From contig CAVXTP010000022.1 of NCBI GenBank assembly GCA_963764715.1, forward strand, positions 512,001 through 576,000: a stretch of 64,000 bases of DNA. Reading direction: 5' to 3'. This document shows, one piece after another, positions 36,826 to 46,423 of the stretch (position 1 is its first letter; each line of letters starts with the position of its first letter). Origin of the DNA: an uncultured Acidobacteriota bacterium. GTDB taxonomy: Bacteria; Acidobacteriota; Thermoanaerobaculia; UBA5066; Gp7-AA6. A program made the translations under genes and the position numbers. The notes below the pieces were generated by a model. The model searched no databases. It was given only the letters and a program-made list of their open reading frames with translations, and was not told the DNA's origin.

Positions 36826-37281
36826 CTAGATCCGCTCTTCGCGCCGGGTCGCGTGGAGGACCTGGCCGACGAGGATCAGCAGTCCGACGTCCCGCAGGAT
36901 CGCGAGCTTCATGTCGTTGAGGCGCTCGGCGTCGGTCTTCTGGACCTTCGCGGTGCCGAAGCAGCCGCAGTCGACGGGCCTCCCGCGCGCGAGGTTGATC
37001 GACAGGGCGACGATGAACACGAGGAGGAGGATCCCGAGAACCCGGGCCGCGGAACGCCTCGCGATCCCGAGGAAGAGGGCGATTCCCGCCACGACCTCGA
37101 GCCAGGGCAGGATGAGCGCCAGCGCGTTGACCGCCGCGCCGGGCAGGAGCCCGTAGTTGTGGATCTCGTGGGCGAAGCCGGGCGGGTCCGAGATCTTGAA
37201 GAAGCCGGCGACGGCGAAGAACGCCGCCAGCACGAACTGGACGCGGACCGTGAGCCAGGGCGAGGAAAGCCCGCCGCTCAA
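36826..37281 (-). CDS. MauE/DoxX family membrane protein
   Basis: KISDP..FA..I.NY, LPWLE and DCGCFG motifs; TTG start overlaps the rhodanese stop. Confidence 0.82.
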   Translation of the reverse strand: MSGGLSSPWLTVRVQFVLAAFFAVAGFFKISDPPGFAHEIHNYGLLPGAAVNALALILPWLEVVAGIALFLGIARRSAARVLGILLLVFIVALSINLARGRPVDCGCFGTAKVQKTDAERLNDMKLAILRDVGLLILVGQVLHATRREERI

Positions 37282-37865
37282 GGCTCGGACCCCTTCGTGA
37301 CCGGCAGCCCGCGCTTGACCCAGTCCGGGTAGCCGTCCTTGTACACGAGGACGTTGTCGAAGCCGACCATGTAGAGCTTCTCGGAGAGCATGTGCGAGTC
37401 TTCGCAGGCGCCCCCGCTGCAGTAGACGACGATCGGCGCGCTCTGGTCGGTGCCCTCGGCGAAGTAGGCCTTGACCTTGTCGTCGATGTCCGACTCCCAG
37501 ACCGAGAACGGCCGGGCGCCCGCGACGTGGCCGTCGCGATAAACGCTCGTGCGCCGGGCGTCCAGGAAGGGCACGGTCTTGCGCGCGTAGAGCTCGGCCG
37601 CTTCCTCGCCCGAGATCTCGAGCCAGGCCTTGTCGGGATGGGGCGAGAACCCCTTGCCGGCCGCGGGCGCCCCGAGCGCGGTCGACGGCGCCGCCGGAGC
37701 GGCAGGAGTCGGCCTCGCGGTGACGGCGGACCCGGGCCTCTCGTAGGCCCCGATCCACTTGAGGCGGCGTTCGGGCCCCGCGAGGGCGTTGGAGATCGAA
37801 GCCGCGACGATCGACACGAGGACGAACCCCGCGGCCTCGACCCAGAACGGCGCCCGGCTTCTCAC
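37278..37865 (-). CDS. Exported/membrane-anchored rhodanese-like protein
   Basis: N-terminal TM; FLDAR...GHVAGA, VVYCSGGACEDS and GYPDW motifs. Confidence 0.85.
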   Translation of the reverse strand: MRSRAPFWVEAAGFVLVSIVAASISNALAGPERRLKWIGAYERPGSAVTARPTPAAPAAPSTALGAPAAGKGFSPHPDKAWLEISGEEAAELYARKTVPFLDARRTSVYRDGHVAGARPFSVWESDIDDKVKAYFAEGTDQSAPIVVYCSGGACEDSHMLSEKLYMVGFDNVLVYKDGYPDWVKRGLPVTKGSEP

Positions 37866-37899
37866 CCCGGCATCTTAGCCGAGGCGGCCTTCCGTTCGG

Positions 37900-38604
37900 C
37901 TAGGAACCGTACCGCTGGATGCGGCGCACCAGCTCGTCCGCGCCGTCGTGGCCGAGCAGGTCGTCGACCGACGGATACAGGACGTGCTCCTCCTTGGCGT
38001 TGTGCTCGCCGAGCACGGCGTGGAAGCTCGCGCGGAGCGGCGCGACCTGCGCGGCGGCGTCCCCGATCCCGAGCTCGATCGCCTCGAGAAGCCGGAGGAT
38101 CTCCCGATGCTCGGCCCGCATCACGGCCGTGGGCCCGGCGGTCGGCGGCATTCCCGCGCCGGACTCGAACGCCGGAAAGAGCAGGTCCTCCTCGAAGCCG
38201 ATGTGGCGGCGAAGCCCGAAGGCGAACTCGGAGTACAGATCGAATGCCGTGGCGAGGTCGCCCTCGGCCCGCGCGCGGAAAGCGGCCGCCTCGAGGGCCT
38301 CGAGACGATCGTGGTCCCACGCCAGCGCTTCGTTCACTCCGCGGGCCGCGGCCCGGGACGCGTCGCTGCGCGCGATCTCGATCCGCCACGCCGGCGGTCC
38401 CGCCTGCAGGGGCGACCATTCGAACGTCCCCGGGCGAGCGGCCTGGAGCCGCCGGAGCAGCTCGCCGCCGGAATCGCCGCAGGTCAGGACGAACCGTTCC
38501 GCGGGACCGAGCGTGTCGAACCACGTGAGCAGCTCCGCCGCCGCATCCTCGGCCGACCGGCCGCGGACGTCGAGCGCGCGCTCCGCCGTCACCAGATGAG
38601 TCAT
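37900..38604 (-). CDS. DUF2249-like + hemerythrin domain protein
   Basis: LDVRG...FEWSPLQAGPPAWRIEI N-domain; DHDRL, HIGFEEDLLFP, EHREI, HNAKEEHVLYP; GGAGGGAGG RBS. Confidence 0.8.
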   Translation of the reverse strand: MTHLVTAERALDVRGRSAEDAAAELLTWFDTLGPAERFVLTCGDSGGELLRRLQAARPGTFEWSPLQAGPPAWRIEIARSDASRAAARGVNEALAWDHDRLEALEAAAFRARAEGDLATAFDLYSEFAFGLRRHIGFEEDLLFPAFESGAGMPPTAGPTAVMRAEHREILRLLEAIELGIGDAAAQVAPLRASFHAVLGEHNAKEEHVLYPSVDDLLGHDGADELVRRIQRYGS

Positions 38605-38671
38605 GGGACCTCCCTCCGGAGCGGCCCTCCGCCCCGCCGGGACAGGATCGCAGGCCGGCCGCCGCGGGCCT

Positions 38672-38685
38672 ATGACCGGGATCAT
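38672..38685. promoter_or_regulatory. Crp/Fnr-type box ATGACCGGGATCAT
   Basis: GATCCT -10-like element (minus strand, 38644-38649) at the same spacing as the other boxes. Confidence 0.7.
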
Positions 38686-38747
38686 CCCGGCGGGCCTGAT
38701 GCGTTTGCATCTATGCGGACGCCGAATCGCGCCCGAGGCTAGCCCCA

Positions 38748-40472
38748 GTGACCCCGACCGATCCCGACCAGTCCGGGGCGCGTCTCGACGCGCTCGAGGC
38801 GAGAATCCGGCGCCTCGAGGAGGCCGTGCTCGGCTCCCGCGAGGCGGCGCCCGCGGCCCCTCCAGAGCCGATCGCCTGGGCCGAGCAGACGGGCGAACCG
38901 CTCCGCATTCTGCCCGCCTCGGCGGCGCCCCTCTTCCTCGACGTCCTGGCGCAGGTCGGCTGGAGCGTCCTGACCCTCGCCGGGGCCTTCCTCATCCGCG
39001 CCCTCACGGACCGCGGCACCGTGGCCACCACTCCGGGCGTCGGCTTCGGCCTCGCCTACGCCTTCGCCATCATGGTCCTCGCCGACCGCGCCGCCGCGCG
39101 CGGCAACCGGCTGACCGCCGCATTCCTCGGCTCCACCGCCGCCTTCATCGCCGACGCCATCGTCGCCGAAACGACGACGCGCTTCGCGATCTTCACGCCG
39201 GCCGGAGGCCTCGTGATCCTCGCCGCCGCGACGGCGATCGTTCTCGTCGTGGGCCGCCGCCACGACCTGCCCGCCCTCGACTGGACCGCGACGATCGCGT
39301 GCTGTGCGACCGCCGTGTTTCTCGCCCTGATGGCCGGAGTCCCCGCGCTCTCCGGCCTGCTGCTCCTGGCGCTCGCGTCCGCGACGACCTGGCTCGGGAT
39401 GAGCCGCTGGAGCTGGCGGATGCTGGGCTGGCTGCCCACCTTCTGCGCGGCGGGCCTCTCGATCTGGGCGACCGCCGACGTCCTCGGGGCGGGCCCGGCG
39501 GCCCCGGCGGACCGGGCCTCTCTCGCCATGCTCCTGGCCCTCGCCCTCGCGATCCTCTGGCCGGGGAGCGTCCTCCTGCACGCTCTCGCGGGGCGGGCGC
39601 AGATCGGCGGACTCGCGATCGTCCAGACGCTCCTCGCCCTGTCGGTCGGCCTCGGCGGCGTGCTGCGGCTCGCGGCCGTGCGCGGCGGCGGAGCGGCCGC
39701 CGTGGCCGCGGCCGCGACGGCGAGCGGCGCCGCGAGCTATCTCTTCGCGTTCCTGCGCGAGCGCGCTCCCGAGGCTCGCGCGAGCCGCATCTACTTCGCC
39801 TGGCTCGGCCTCGCCCTGACGGTCATCGGGAGCGGGGTCCTCCTGGCGGCGCCGGCCCCCGCCCTCGCGTGGTCGATCCTCTGCGTGGCGGCGGTCGTCC
39901 TCGGCCGGACCTTCGAGCCCGCGATCCTCCAGCCCCAGGGCGCGGTCTTCGCCGCCGTCGCGGCCGTCGGTTCGGGGTTGCTCGGCGCTTCGGTACGGGC
40001 CTTCACGGGCGCGCCGGCGCGTCTCGCGCTGCCGTCCCCGGCCGCTCTCGTCACCCTGGCGGCCGTGACCGCCGCCGCCGTGCTTCTGCTCGCCGAGGAG
40101 CCCGCCGCCGGCTCCTTCCCCGCGCTCGTCGCAACGCTGCTGTGCGCCGTCGGGATCGGCGGCATCGGCGTGGTGCTTCTCGACCGGCCCGCCCACGCCG
40201 TCCTGGCCTCGCCCCTGGCGGCGCTTCGGACCGTGATCATCTCCCTTTCGGCGTACGTGCTGGCGCGCCGATGGCGCTCGACCCGGCGGCCGGAGCTCCG
40301 CACCCTGGCGTACTTCGCCCTCGTCGCGGGCGGGCTCAAGCTGCTGTTCGAGGACCTCCCGGGCGGGACGCCGATGACGCTCTTCGTCGCCTTCGTGTTC
40401 TACGGAGGGGCGCTGCTGCTGATTCCGCGGCTCATGCGGACGGGCGCGCGCCTGCCCGCCTCCGCGCCCTGA
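38748..40472 (+). CDS. Polytopic membrane protein of unknown function (DUF2339-like)
   Basis: N-terminal coiled coil LEARIRRLE, many TM segments, C-terminal KLLFEDL. Confidence 0.7.
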   Translation: MTPTDPDQSGARLDALEARIRRLEEAVLGSREAAPAAPPEPIAWAEQTGEPLRILPASAAPLFLDVLAQVGWSVLTLAGAFLIRALTDRGTVATTPGVGFGLAYAFAIMVLADRAAARGNRLTAAFLGSTAAFIADAIVAETTTRFAIFTPAGGLVILAAATAIVLVVGRRHDLPALDWTATIACCATAVFLALMAGVPALSGLLLLALASATTWLGMSRWSWRMLGWLPTFCAAGLSIWATADVLGAGPAAPADRASLAMLLALALAILWPGSVLLHALAGRAQIGGLAIVQTLLALSVGLGGVLRLAAVRGGGAAAVAAAATASGAASYLFAFLRERAPEARASRIYFAWLGLALTVIGSGVLLAAPAPALAWSILCVAAVVLGRTFEPAILQPQGAVFAAVAAVGSGLLGASVRAFTGAPARLALPSPAALVTLAAVTAAAVLLLAEEPAAGSFPALVATLLCAVGIGGIGVVLLDRPAHAVLASPLAALRTVIISLSAYVLARRWRSTRRPELRTLAYFALVAGGLKLLFEDLPGGTPMTLFVAFVFYGGALLLIPRLMRTGARLPASAP

Positions 40473-40479
40473 ACGGGTC

Positions 40480-40947
40480 TCAGCCCGCGTCGGTCCCGAG
40501 GCGGCGTTCCAGGACGAACCGGGGCGCCGGCGCAAATCCCTGGGTGCCGAGGAAGCGGCCGAGCTCGTGCTCGTCCCAGGCGACCTCCGTGCGCAGCCGC
40601 TCGATCCCGAGCGCCCGGAGATTGCGCGTGAGGTCCTCGACGAGGGCCGTCCCGACGCCGCGCCGCGCGTAGCCCGGGTCCACGAGGATCGTGTCGAGAA
40701 TGGCGATCGGTTCGGGCTGCCCGAACTCTCCGTAGTGCAGAGACCCGAGCACGGCGCCGACGAGGAAGCCCTCCATCTCGCAGCCCAGCGAGATCCGGAC
40801 GTCGGATTCCGCGAGCGCCCGCCGGAGCTTCCCTTCGTACCAGGCCGTGCGGTTTCGCCCGGTGAGCGCGTGGTCCATGCGGACCAGCCGCGGCAGGTCT
40901 TCGAGCGTGAGCGTGCGGACCTTCAGATCGTCGCGTTCGCCGTCCAT
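40480..40947 (-). CDS. GNAT acetyltransferase, BadL-like
   Basis: YGEFG, LDTILVDPGYARRGVG and GFAPAPR motifs; last gene of the bcr operon (C-terminal end of the 1196-aa track ORF). Confidence 0.8.
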   Translation of the reverse strand: MDGERDDLKVRTLTLEDLPRLVRMDHALTGRNRTAWYEGKLRRALAESDVRISLGCEMEGFLVGAVLGSLHYGEFGQPEPIAILDTILVDPGYARRGVGTALVEDLTRNLRALGIERLRTEVAWDEHELGRFLGTQGFAPAPRFVLERRLGTDAG

Positions 40948-41778
40948 GCGGCCCCCTCCATGCCGACCCTCTGCCGGCGGAATGCTCCCCAGATCGCGGC
41001 CCCGATCGCCCCGGCGTACGCCGACAGCGGGTCGCGCGCCAGCTCGAGCGGCGCCGCTCCCCGGGCCGCTCCCTGCGCGAGCGCGGCCGACAGCGCCACC
41101 GCGAGCCCGTCGTCGGCGGCGAGGCCCCCGCTCAGGAAGACGGTCCCCTCGACGCCGAGGGAATGGAGCAGCCGCGCGAAGCGTCCGGCCATGCTGTCGT
41201 GGATCCCCCGCAGGATGTTGGCGGCGCCGAGGCCCCGCGAAACCATGTTGATCACGTCCGTCTCGGCGAGCACGGCGCAGATCGAGCTGACGGCCTCGGG
41301 CTTCTCCGCGGTCTGCGACAGGGCCCCGATGTCGGCCTGGGCGACACCCAGGTAGCGGGCGATGTTCTCGAGGAACTGGCCGGACCCCGAGGCGCACTGA
41401 CTCGTCATCTTGTAGCCGAGCACCTTGCCCCGCGAGTCCATCGCCACGGCCCGCGCGTGGAGGGCGCCGATGTCGAGAACGGCCCTCGCCCACGGCGCCA
41501 GAAAGAGCGCCCCGCGCGCGTGCGTCGTCATTCCGTAGAAGTGGCCCGTGGCGATCGGGCGTCTCCTCCCCTTCGCCTGTCGACGCGACGTAGTCGAGCT
41601 CGCGGACGCCCGCGGCCTCGACCGCCGCGTCGAAGGCCTCGGCGACGACCTCGGCGACGTTGCGGCGGCGGACGCGCGCCACCGCGTGGCCGAGCACCCG
41701 GTCCTCGCCCTCCCCGACCCGCAGGATCGCCGCCTTGACGGCGCTCGAGCCGACGTCGATCCCGGCCGTGACGCTCAT
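40923..41778 (-). pseudogene. bcrD: Benzoyl-CoA reductase subunit D (ATPase), +1 frameshift as sequenced (possibly artefact)
   Basis: AGIDVGSSAVK...STGEGE in one frame; GHFYGMTTHARGA...DIGALH...MTSQCASGSGQFLENIARYL in the next. Extra G at 41557-41559. Confidence 0.85.
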
Positions 41779-43059
41779 GCCGCCGCTCCCCGAAGCGCGA
41801 AGTGCGCCGCCCCCAGCGCTCCCGTGTAGATGCTGTCGGCCGAGATGTTGATCCGGCGCTCGCCGTAGTTCTCGGCAATCAATCCCGTCAGCGCCTGCAC
41901 CGCCGCGGGGTTGCGCGCCACGCCGCCGGTGAAGGTGAACTCGTTCTCGACGCCGCCCGACCGCGCCAGCAGGCTCAACGCCCGCAGGATCACGGCGCGG
42001 TGGAGCCCGGCCAGGATGTCCTCGCGCTTCTCGCCGAGCGAGAGCCGCTCCCGCAGCTCGGCCCCCGCGAAGACCGTGCAGGTCGAGCTGATCCGGACCG
42101 GCCGCCGGCTCTCGAGGGCCAGGGGCCCGAGCTCGTGGAGGCCCATGTTCATCTCGTCGGCGATGTACCCGAGGTAGCGCCCGCAGCCGGCGGCGCAGCG
42201 GTCGTTCATCTGGAAGCTCGTCACGATCCCGGCCCCGTCGACCTGGATCGCCTTGGTGTCCTGCCCGCCGATGTCGAGGACGGTCCGCGTGGCCGGGAAG
42301 AGCACGTGGGCGCCGAGTCCGTGGCAGAGGATCTCGGACCGGATCTGCTCCTTCGGGAACGGGAGCCGCGCGCGGCCGTATCCCGTGCCGACCGTCGCCG
42401 CGACCGCGATTTCCGCCGTCACCGCCGCCTCGACGGCAGCCCGCACCCCCGGCGTCTCGCCGACGCGCTCGACGGCCTGGCCGATGTGCTCCCGGAAGCC
42501 GAGCTCGAGCGGCTCGTTCTCGACGAGGACGATGCACTTGTCGTAGAGCCCGACCAGCGCGTCGAAGGTGACGCCCGAGCCGCCCTCCCGCGCGGCCTCC
42601 TCCGAGAGCCGGGCGTAAGCCGAGCCGGCCGCGTCGCGGAAGAAGTCCGAGCGCTCGGAGGGATTCGCTTCGGCGAAGCGGGCCTCCTCCTCGGGCGCGG
42701 AGGCGCTCGAAGATGCGGACGACGGCGGCCCGGAGTCGCCTCGCGCCGGCCGGCGGGATGCCCTTCTCGATCTCCTCCCCGATCTTCGCCTCGAGCGACG
42801 AGAGCTGCACGAGCATCTGTTCGAGACGGAACGCTCGCAGGAGGCGGTTGAGCGTCCCGAGCCCGGCCGCCTGCTCGACTTCCCGCTGCAGGAGCCGGAA
42901 GCGCGCGCTGACGAAGGCCTCGGTGCGGGCGAGCTCCGCCGCGAGGTCGTAGTTGGAGCGGGAGTTGGTGATCCCGCGACCGAGCACCTCGCCCCGCTCG
43001 TCCAGGACGACGGCCTTCGTCGTCGTCGAGCCGAGGTCGATCCCGACGAACGCTTTCAC
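41775..43059 (-). pseudogene. bcrA: Benzoyl-CoA reductase subunit A (ATPase), +1 frameshift as sequenced (possibly artefact)
   Basis: [13 protein letters not shown]...[10 protein letters not shown], then shift at 42693-42695, then SDFFRD...GTGYGR...SEILCHG...DIGGQDTK...[13 protein letters not shown]. Confidence 0.85.
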
Positions 43060-44342
43060 GCGCCGACGCCCGCGGCCGCGCCCGCCCGGCGGGCGTCGAG
43101 CATCTGGAAGTAGCTCTCCATGCGGTTCTTGAGGTTGGCGGCCGAGAAGTACCGGGGGTCCACGAGGTCCGACTCGATGAACGCCCCGGGCAGGCCCGTG
43201 CGGCGCTCGACCTCGCGCAGCATCATGAGCTGGCCGGCCGAGAAGGAGTTGCAGGACTTGACCGAGTGGATCAGGAACCCGTCCGCGGCGTACTCCTCGG
43301 CGTACTGCGCGATCATGTCGACGCGCGACGGGAGGTTCCGGTTGGTGTAGCAGCCGCTGCAGTAGTCCGCGAGCGTGCCGAGAGGATCGGAGGGGTCGTG
43401 GCGGAAGCCGAGGTCGTACGTTCCGCCGACCTTCGAGTAGGTGGACGCCACGACGACGGCGCCCTCGTCGGCGAAGAGCTTCCAGAACTCGCGGAAATGG
43501 GTCCAGTTGGGCGGGCCCTCGACGACAAGCCGGTGCTTCTGGCGGTCGAGCCGGCCGGACGGCGTCGTCGGGCCTTCCCCGCGCGCCGCGCGCTCCTCGA
43601 CCTCCTGCCGGAGCGCCCGGTAGTACGCGCCCCCTTCCTCGGTCCCGCGGAAGGCCGAGAAGATGGGCCCGACGTAGTAGACGGCGCCGAAGTAGGCATC
43701 GATCGGGCTCGGCGTCTTCTTGGCGGACTCCAGGACCGCCACCAGGTCGTCCTCCGCGGCCGCGCTCCGGGTGAGGTTCTCGCGCAGCCGGTCCTCGTCG
43801 TATCGGCGGCCGGTGGCCTTCTCGAGGGCCGGCACGAGGGTTTCGCGGATCTGGCGCTCGACGTACGTCCGCATCGCCGGCGATTGCGTCCCGTCGCCCT
43901 GGTACGGGATCTGGAGGAACACCGTCGGGCACTGGTACGCCTCGCGCAGCAGCTCGAACCACTTCATGAACGTGTAGCAGCCGGTGTAGGAGAGAAGCAG
44001 CAGGTCCGGCTTCGGCAGCCGCGTCCCCGTCGGGCTGACGTTGCCGGCTTTCAGCATCCCGACGTCGCACTTCACGTACGAGCAGACGTCCTCGGAGTGG
44101 CCGGCCTTCTCGGCGGCGGCGATGTAGCCCCCGCTCTTGCCGCGCATGGCCGACTGGAGAGCGTTGATCTCGGGCAGCACCGGCAGCGCGTCGAAGGAGC
44201 GGATGAGCTCCGTGAGGTTACCCGGCACGAAGGTGTAGACGACCGGCTCGCCGGTCTCGGGCGCCGCCTCGAGACGGCGATAGTGCTCCGCCAGCATCTC
44301 CTTCTGGAGGAGCATCGAGCGGTCTTTTTCGGTCTCGGACAT
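43056..44342 (-). CDS. bcrB: Benzoyl-CoA reductase subunit B
   Basis: QKEM, FVPGNL, LPEINALQ, GHSEDVCSYVK, YTGC, EGPPNW, KSCNSFSAGQL and ESDLVDPRYFS motifs. Confidence 0.93.
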   Translation of the reverse strand: MSETEKDRSMLLQKEMLAEHYRRLEAAPETGEPVVYTFVPGNLTELIRSFDALPVLPEINALQSAMRGKSGGYIAAAEKAGHSEDVCSYVKCDVGMLKAGNVSPTGTRLPKPDLLLLSYTGCYTFMKWFELLREAYQCPTVFLQIPYQGDGTQSPAMRTYVERQIRETLVPALEKATGRRYDEDRLRENLTRSAAAEDDLVAVLESAKKTPSPIDAYFGAVYYVGPIFSAFRGTEEGGAYYRALRQEVEERAARGEGPTTPSGRLDRQKHRLVVEGPPNWTHFREFWKLFADEGAVVVASTYSKVGGTYDLGFRHDPSDPLGTLADYCSGCYTNRNLPSRVDMIAQYAEEYAADGFLIHSVKSCNSFSAGQLMMLREVERRTGLPGAFIESDLVDPRYFSAANLKNRMESYFQMLDARRAGAAAGVGA

Positions 44343-44473
44343 CTATTGTTCTCCCGGCAGGGTGCTGCCTGAGGCGACATGGCGTGCGACCGGCCGACCG
44401 GCTCCTGGCCCTCTGGTTTCGCAGTGCCGTTGCCGACCTGCCGAAGCGTTGACGCCGCCTCTATCGAAAAGCA

Positions 44474-45641
44474 CTAGGCGCCTCCCCAGAGCTTGATCGC
44501 GTCGGCGAACGTGCCGGCCTGCTCGCGAAACTGCTGGAACTGGCCGGTGTTCTCGGCGAACTGGAACGCGATGCACGGGATGCCCGCGGCTCTCGGCTCC
44601 CGCTCGCAGCATCGGCCGGTCGAGCAGCGCCGGGTCGCAGAAGCTCGCCGACGCGAAGATGACGCCGTCGGCCCTCGCCGCCGCCACGCGCTCGGCGAGG
44701 AGGCGCCGCTTTCCGTCCGGATCCGGCTCGTAGAGCGTGGAGTTGCGGACCGAGTGCCGCACGAAGGCCTCCGCGAGGTTGTGGAGCGGATCGCCCTCGA
44801 GCGGGACATCCCCGTCGATCATCCGGTTGCCGAGAAGGAAATCGTCGTCGACGATGAAGCAGCCCGCGCGCTCGATCGTCTTGACGAGCCCGAGCGGAGG
44901 CTGCTCGCAGAAGGCGCCCACGACGACGACCCGCGCCCGGTCGCGCACGCGGCCCGGCTCCGCCTCGACCGCGGCGAGGTACGCGCGCACGCGCTCGAGG
45001 AAGTCCTCGAGCGGCACGAGCTCCCCCGCGCGCATCAGGAGGTACAGCTCCTCGGTCGGCACGCTCCAGGGGGCGTCCCGGCGCGCCTGGTAGAGACGCC
45101 GGATGAGCGCGCGGGCGGTGTTGTACGCCCCGATCGCCTCGCGGAGGGACTCCTCGGTCGCCGGGGCGCCTCCCACCCGTCCGAGATCGCGCCGCAGCAC
45201 CTCGAGCTCGTCCCGCCAGAAGGCCGTCTGGATCGACGACTCCCCTCCCTGCGGCAGGTCGAGGTAGCGGACGTACAGGTCGGGATAGAGCAGCTTCCAT
45301 ACCCCCGACAGGTTGCGGATGACGTCGCAGGTCGCCGGGAAGAGGACCGCCGAGAGGAAGTCGAGCCGTCCCGACTGCGCGAGCTCGACGACCGAGCGGG
45401 GCAGGTGGCAGATGTAGGACTGGTAGAAGGCGTCCCCGCGGATGATCTCGAGGCGGTCACCGCCCCCGTGGATGCCGACCGGGAGAAGGCCCGAGGCCCG
45501 CAGGACCTCCCGGGGCGCGTAGACCGGAAGATATCCCGCCGCCTTCCGGCCGGGCCGCTCCGCGATCCAGGCGCGCGCCGCCGAGAACTCCAGGTCCTCG
45601 CAGACGTCTTCGGCCCAGTCGACGATCTCGGCTCGTTTCAC
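44474..45641 (-). pseudogene. bcrC: Benzoyl-CoA reductase subunit C, +1 frameshift near the C-terminus as sequenced (possibly artefact)
   Basis: GDAFYQSYICHLPRS, CDVIRNLSG, FCEQPP, SFCDPALL; after the shift at about 44583-44591, GIPCIAFQFAENTGQFQQFREQAGTFADAIKLW. Confidence 0.85.
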
Positions 45642-46423
45642 GTGTGGGACCAGACCGGAGGCCGGCGCTCGAGAAAGGCGGTCAGGCCCTCGACGGGGTC
45701 GCGGTGGGACATGAGGTCGTTCAGGTACTGGGCCTCGAGGACGGGCAGGTCGTCGTCGAGCGACGCGGCGAGGAGCCTCCGCGACGCGCGCCAGGCCGCG
45801 CGCACGGCCACGGCCGACTTGTCGGCGAGGCGCTCTCCGTACCAGCGCTGCAGGGCCGCCTCCGCGTCGTGGTTGCAGCCGTCGATCAGTCCCCAGGCGG
45901 CCGCGCCCTGCGCGTCGAAGGTGTCGCCCGAGACGATCAGCTGCGTGGCTCTCGCCCCGGTCACGCGCCACGGCAGGACGATCGCGGCGACCGGGGGAAA
46001 GACGCCCAGGCGCGTCTCCGGGACGCCGAAGCGCGCCGACGCCTCGCCGAAGACCATCCCGCACCAGAGCGCGAGCTCGAAGGCGCCGCCGAGGCACTGG
46101 CCGCGCACCACCGCCGCCGTGGGCGTCCCGAGCGCCTCGAGGTCGCGGAACAGGCCGTGAAACGCGGGCAGCAGCTCGCCGACCCGGTCCGGCATGTGCT
46201 CCTGGACCGACGCTCCGAAGCTGAAGTGATCGCCCGCGCCCTCGAACACCAGGAGCTTGAGAGGACCGGGGTTCTTCGCGAGCTCGACCAGGCGCGCGCG
46301 GATCGCGCCGATCATCTCCCGGTCGAGGACGTTCGCCTTCGGCCGGTCGAGAACGATCCGCTGGATCTCCCCGCCGCGCTCCGCTCCGCAGCGGATCGGG
46401 GACGTCGCAACCGTTTCCGTCAT
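45638..46423 (-). CDS. dch: Cyclohexa-1,5-dienecarbonyl-CoA hydratase
   Basis: RPKANVLD, HFSFGASVQEH, GQCLGG and PE..LGVFPP motifs; bcr context. Confidence 0.88.
   Translation of the reverse strand: MTETVATSPIRCGAERGGEIQRIVLDRPKANVLDREMIGAIRARLVELAKNPGPLKLLVFEGAGDHFSFGASVQEHMPDRVGELLPAFHGLFRDLEALGTPTAAVVRGQCLGGAFELALWCGMVFGEASARFGVPETRLGVFPPVAAIVLPWRVTGARATQLIVSGDTFDAQGAAAWGLIDGCNHDAEAALQRWYGERLADKSAVAVRAAWRASRRLLAASLDDDLPVLEAQYLNDLMSHRDPVEGLTAFLERRPPVWSHT

Noticed and set aside
40480-44070. 1196-aa ORF that looks like a BcrA-BcrD-GNAT fusion
   Set aside because: It strings together the bcrA N-terminus, bcrD N-terminus and GNAT with out-of-frame filler. This results from the +1 frameshifts and stop-poor GC-rich DNA; each gene has its own start.
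44343-44474. Cobalamin riboswitch in the bcrC-bcrB spacer
   Set aside because: Only a superficial GCACTG...CCAGGAG resemblance; I could not find the conserved B12-box or core helices.
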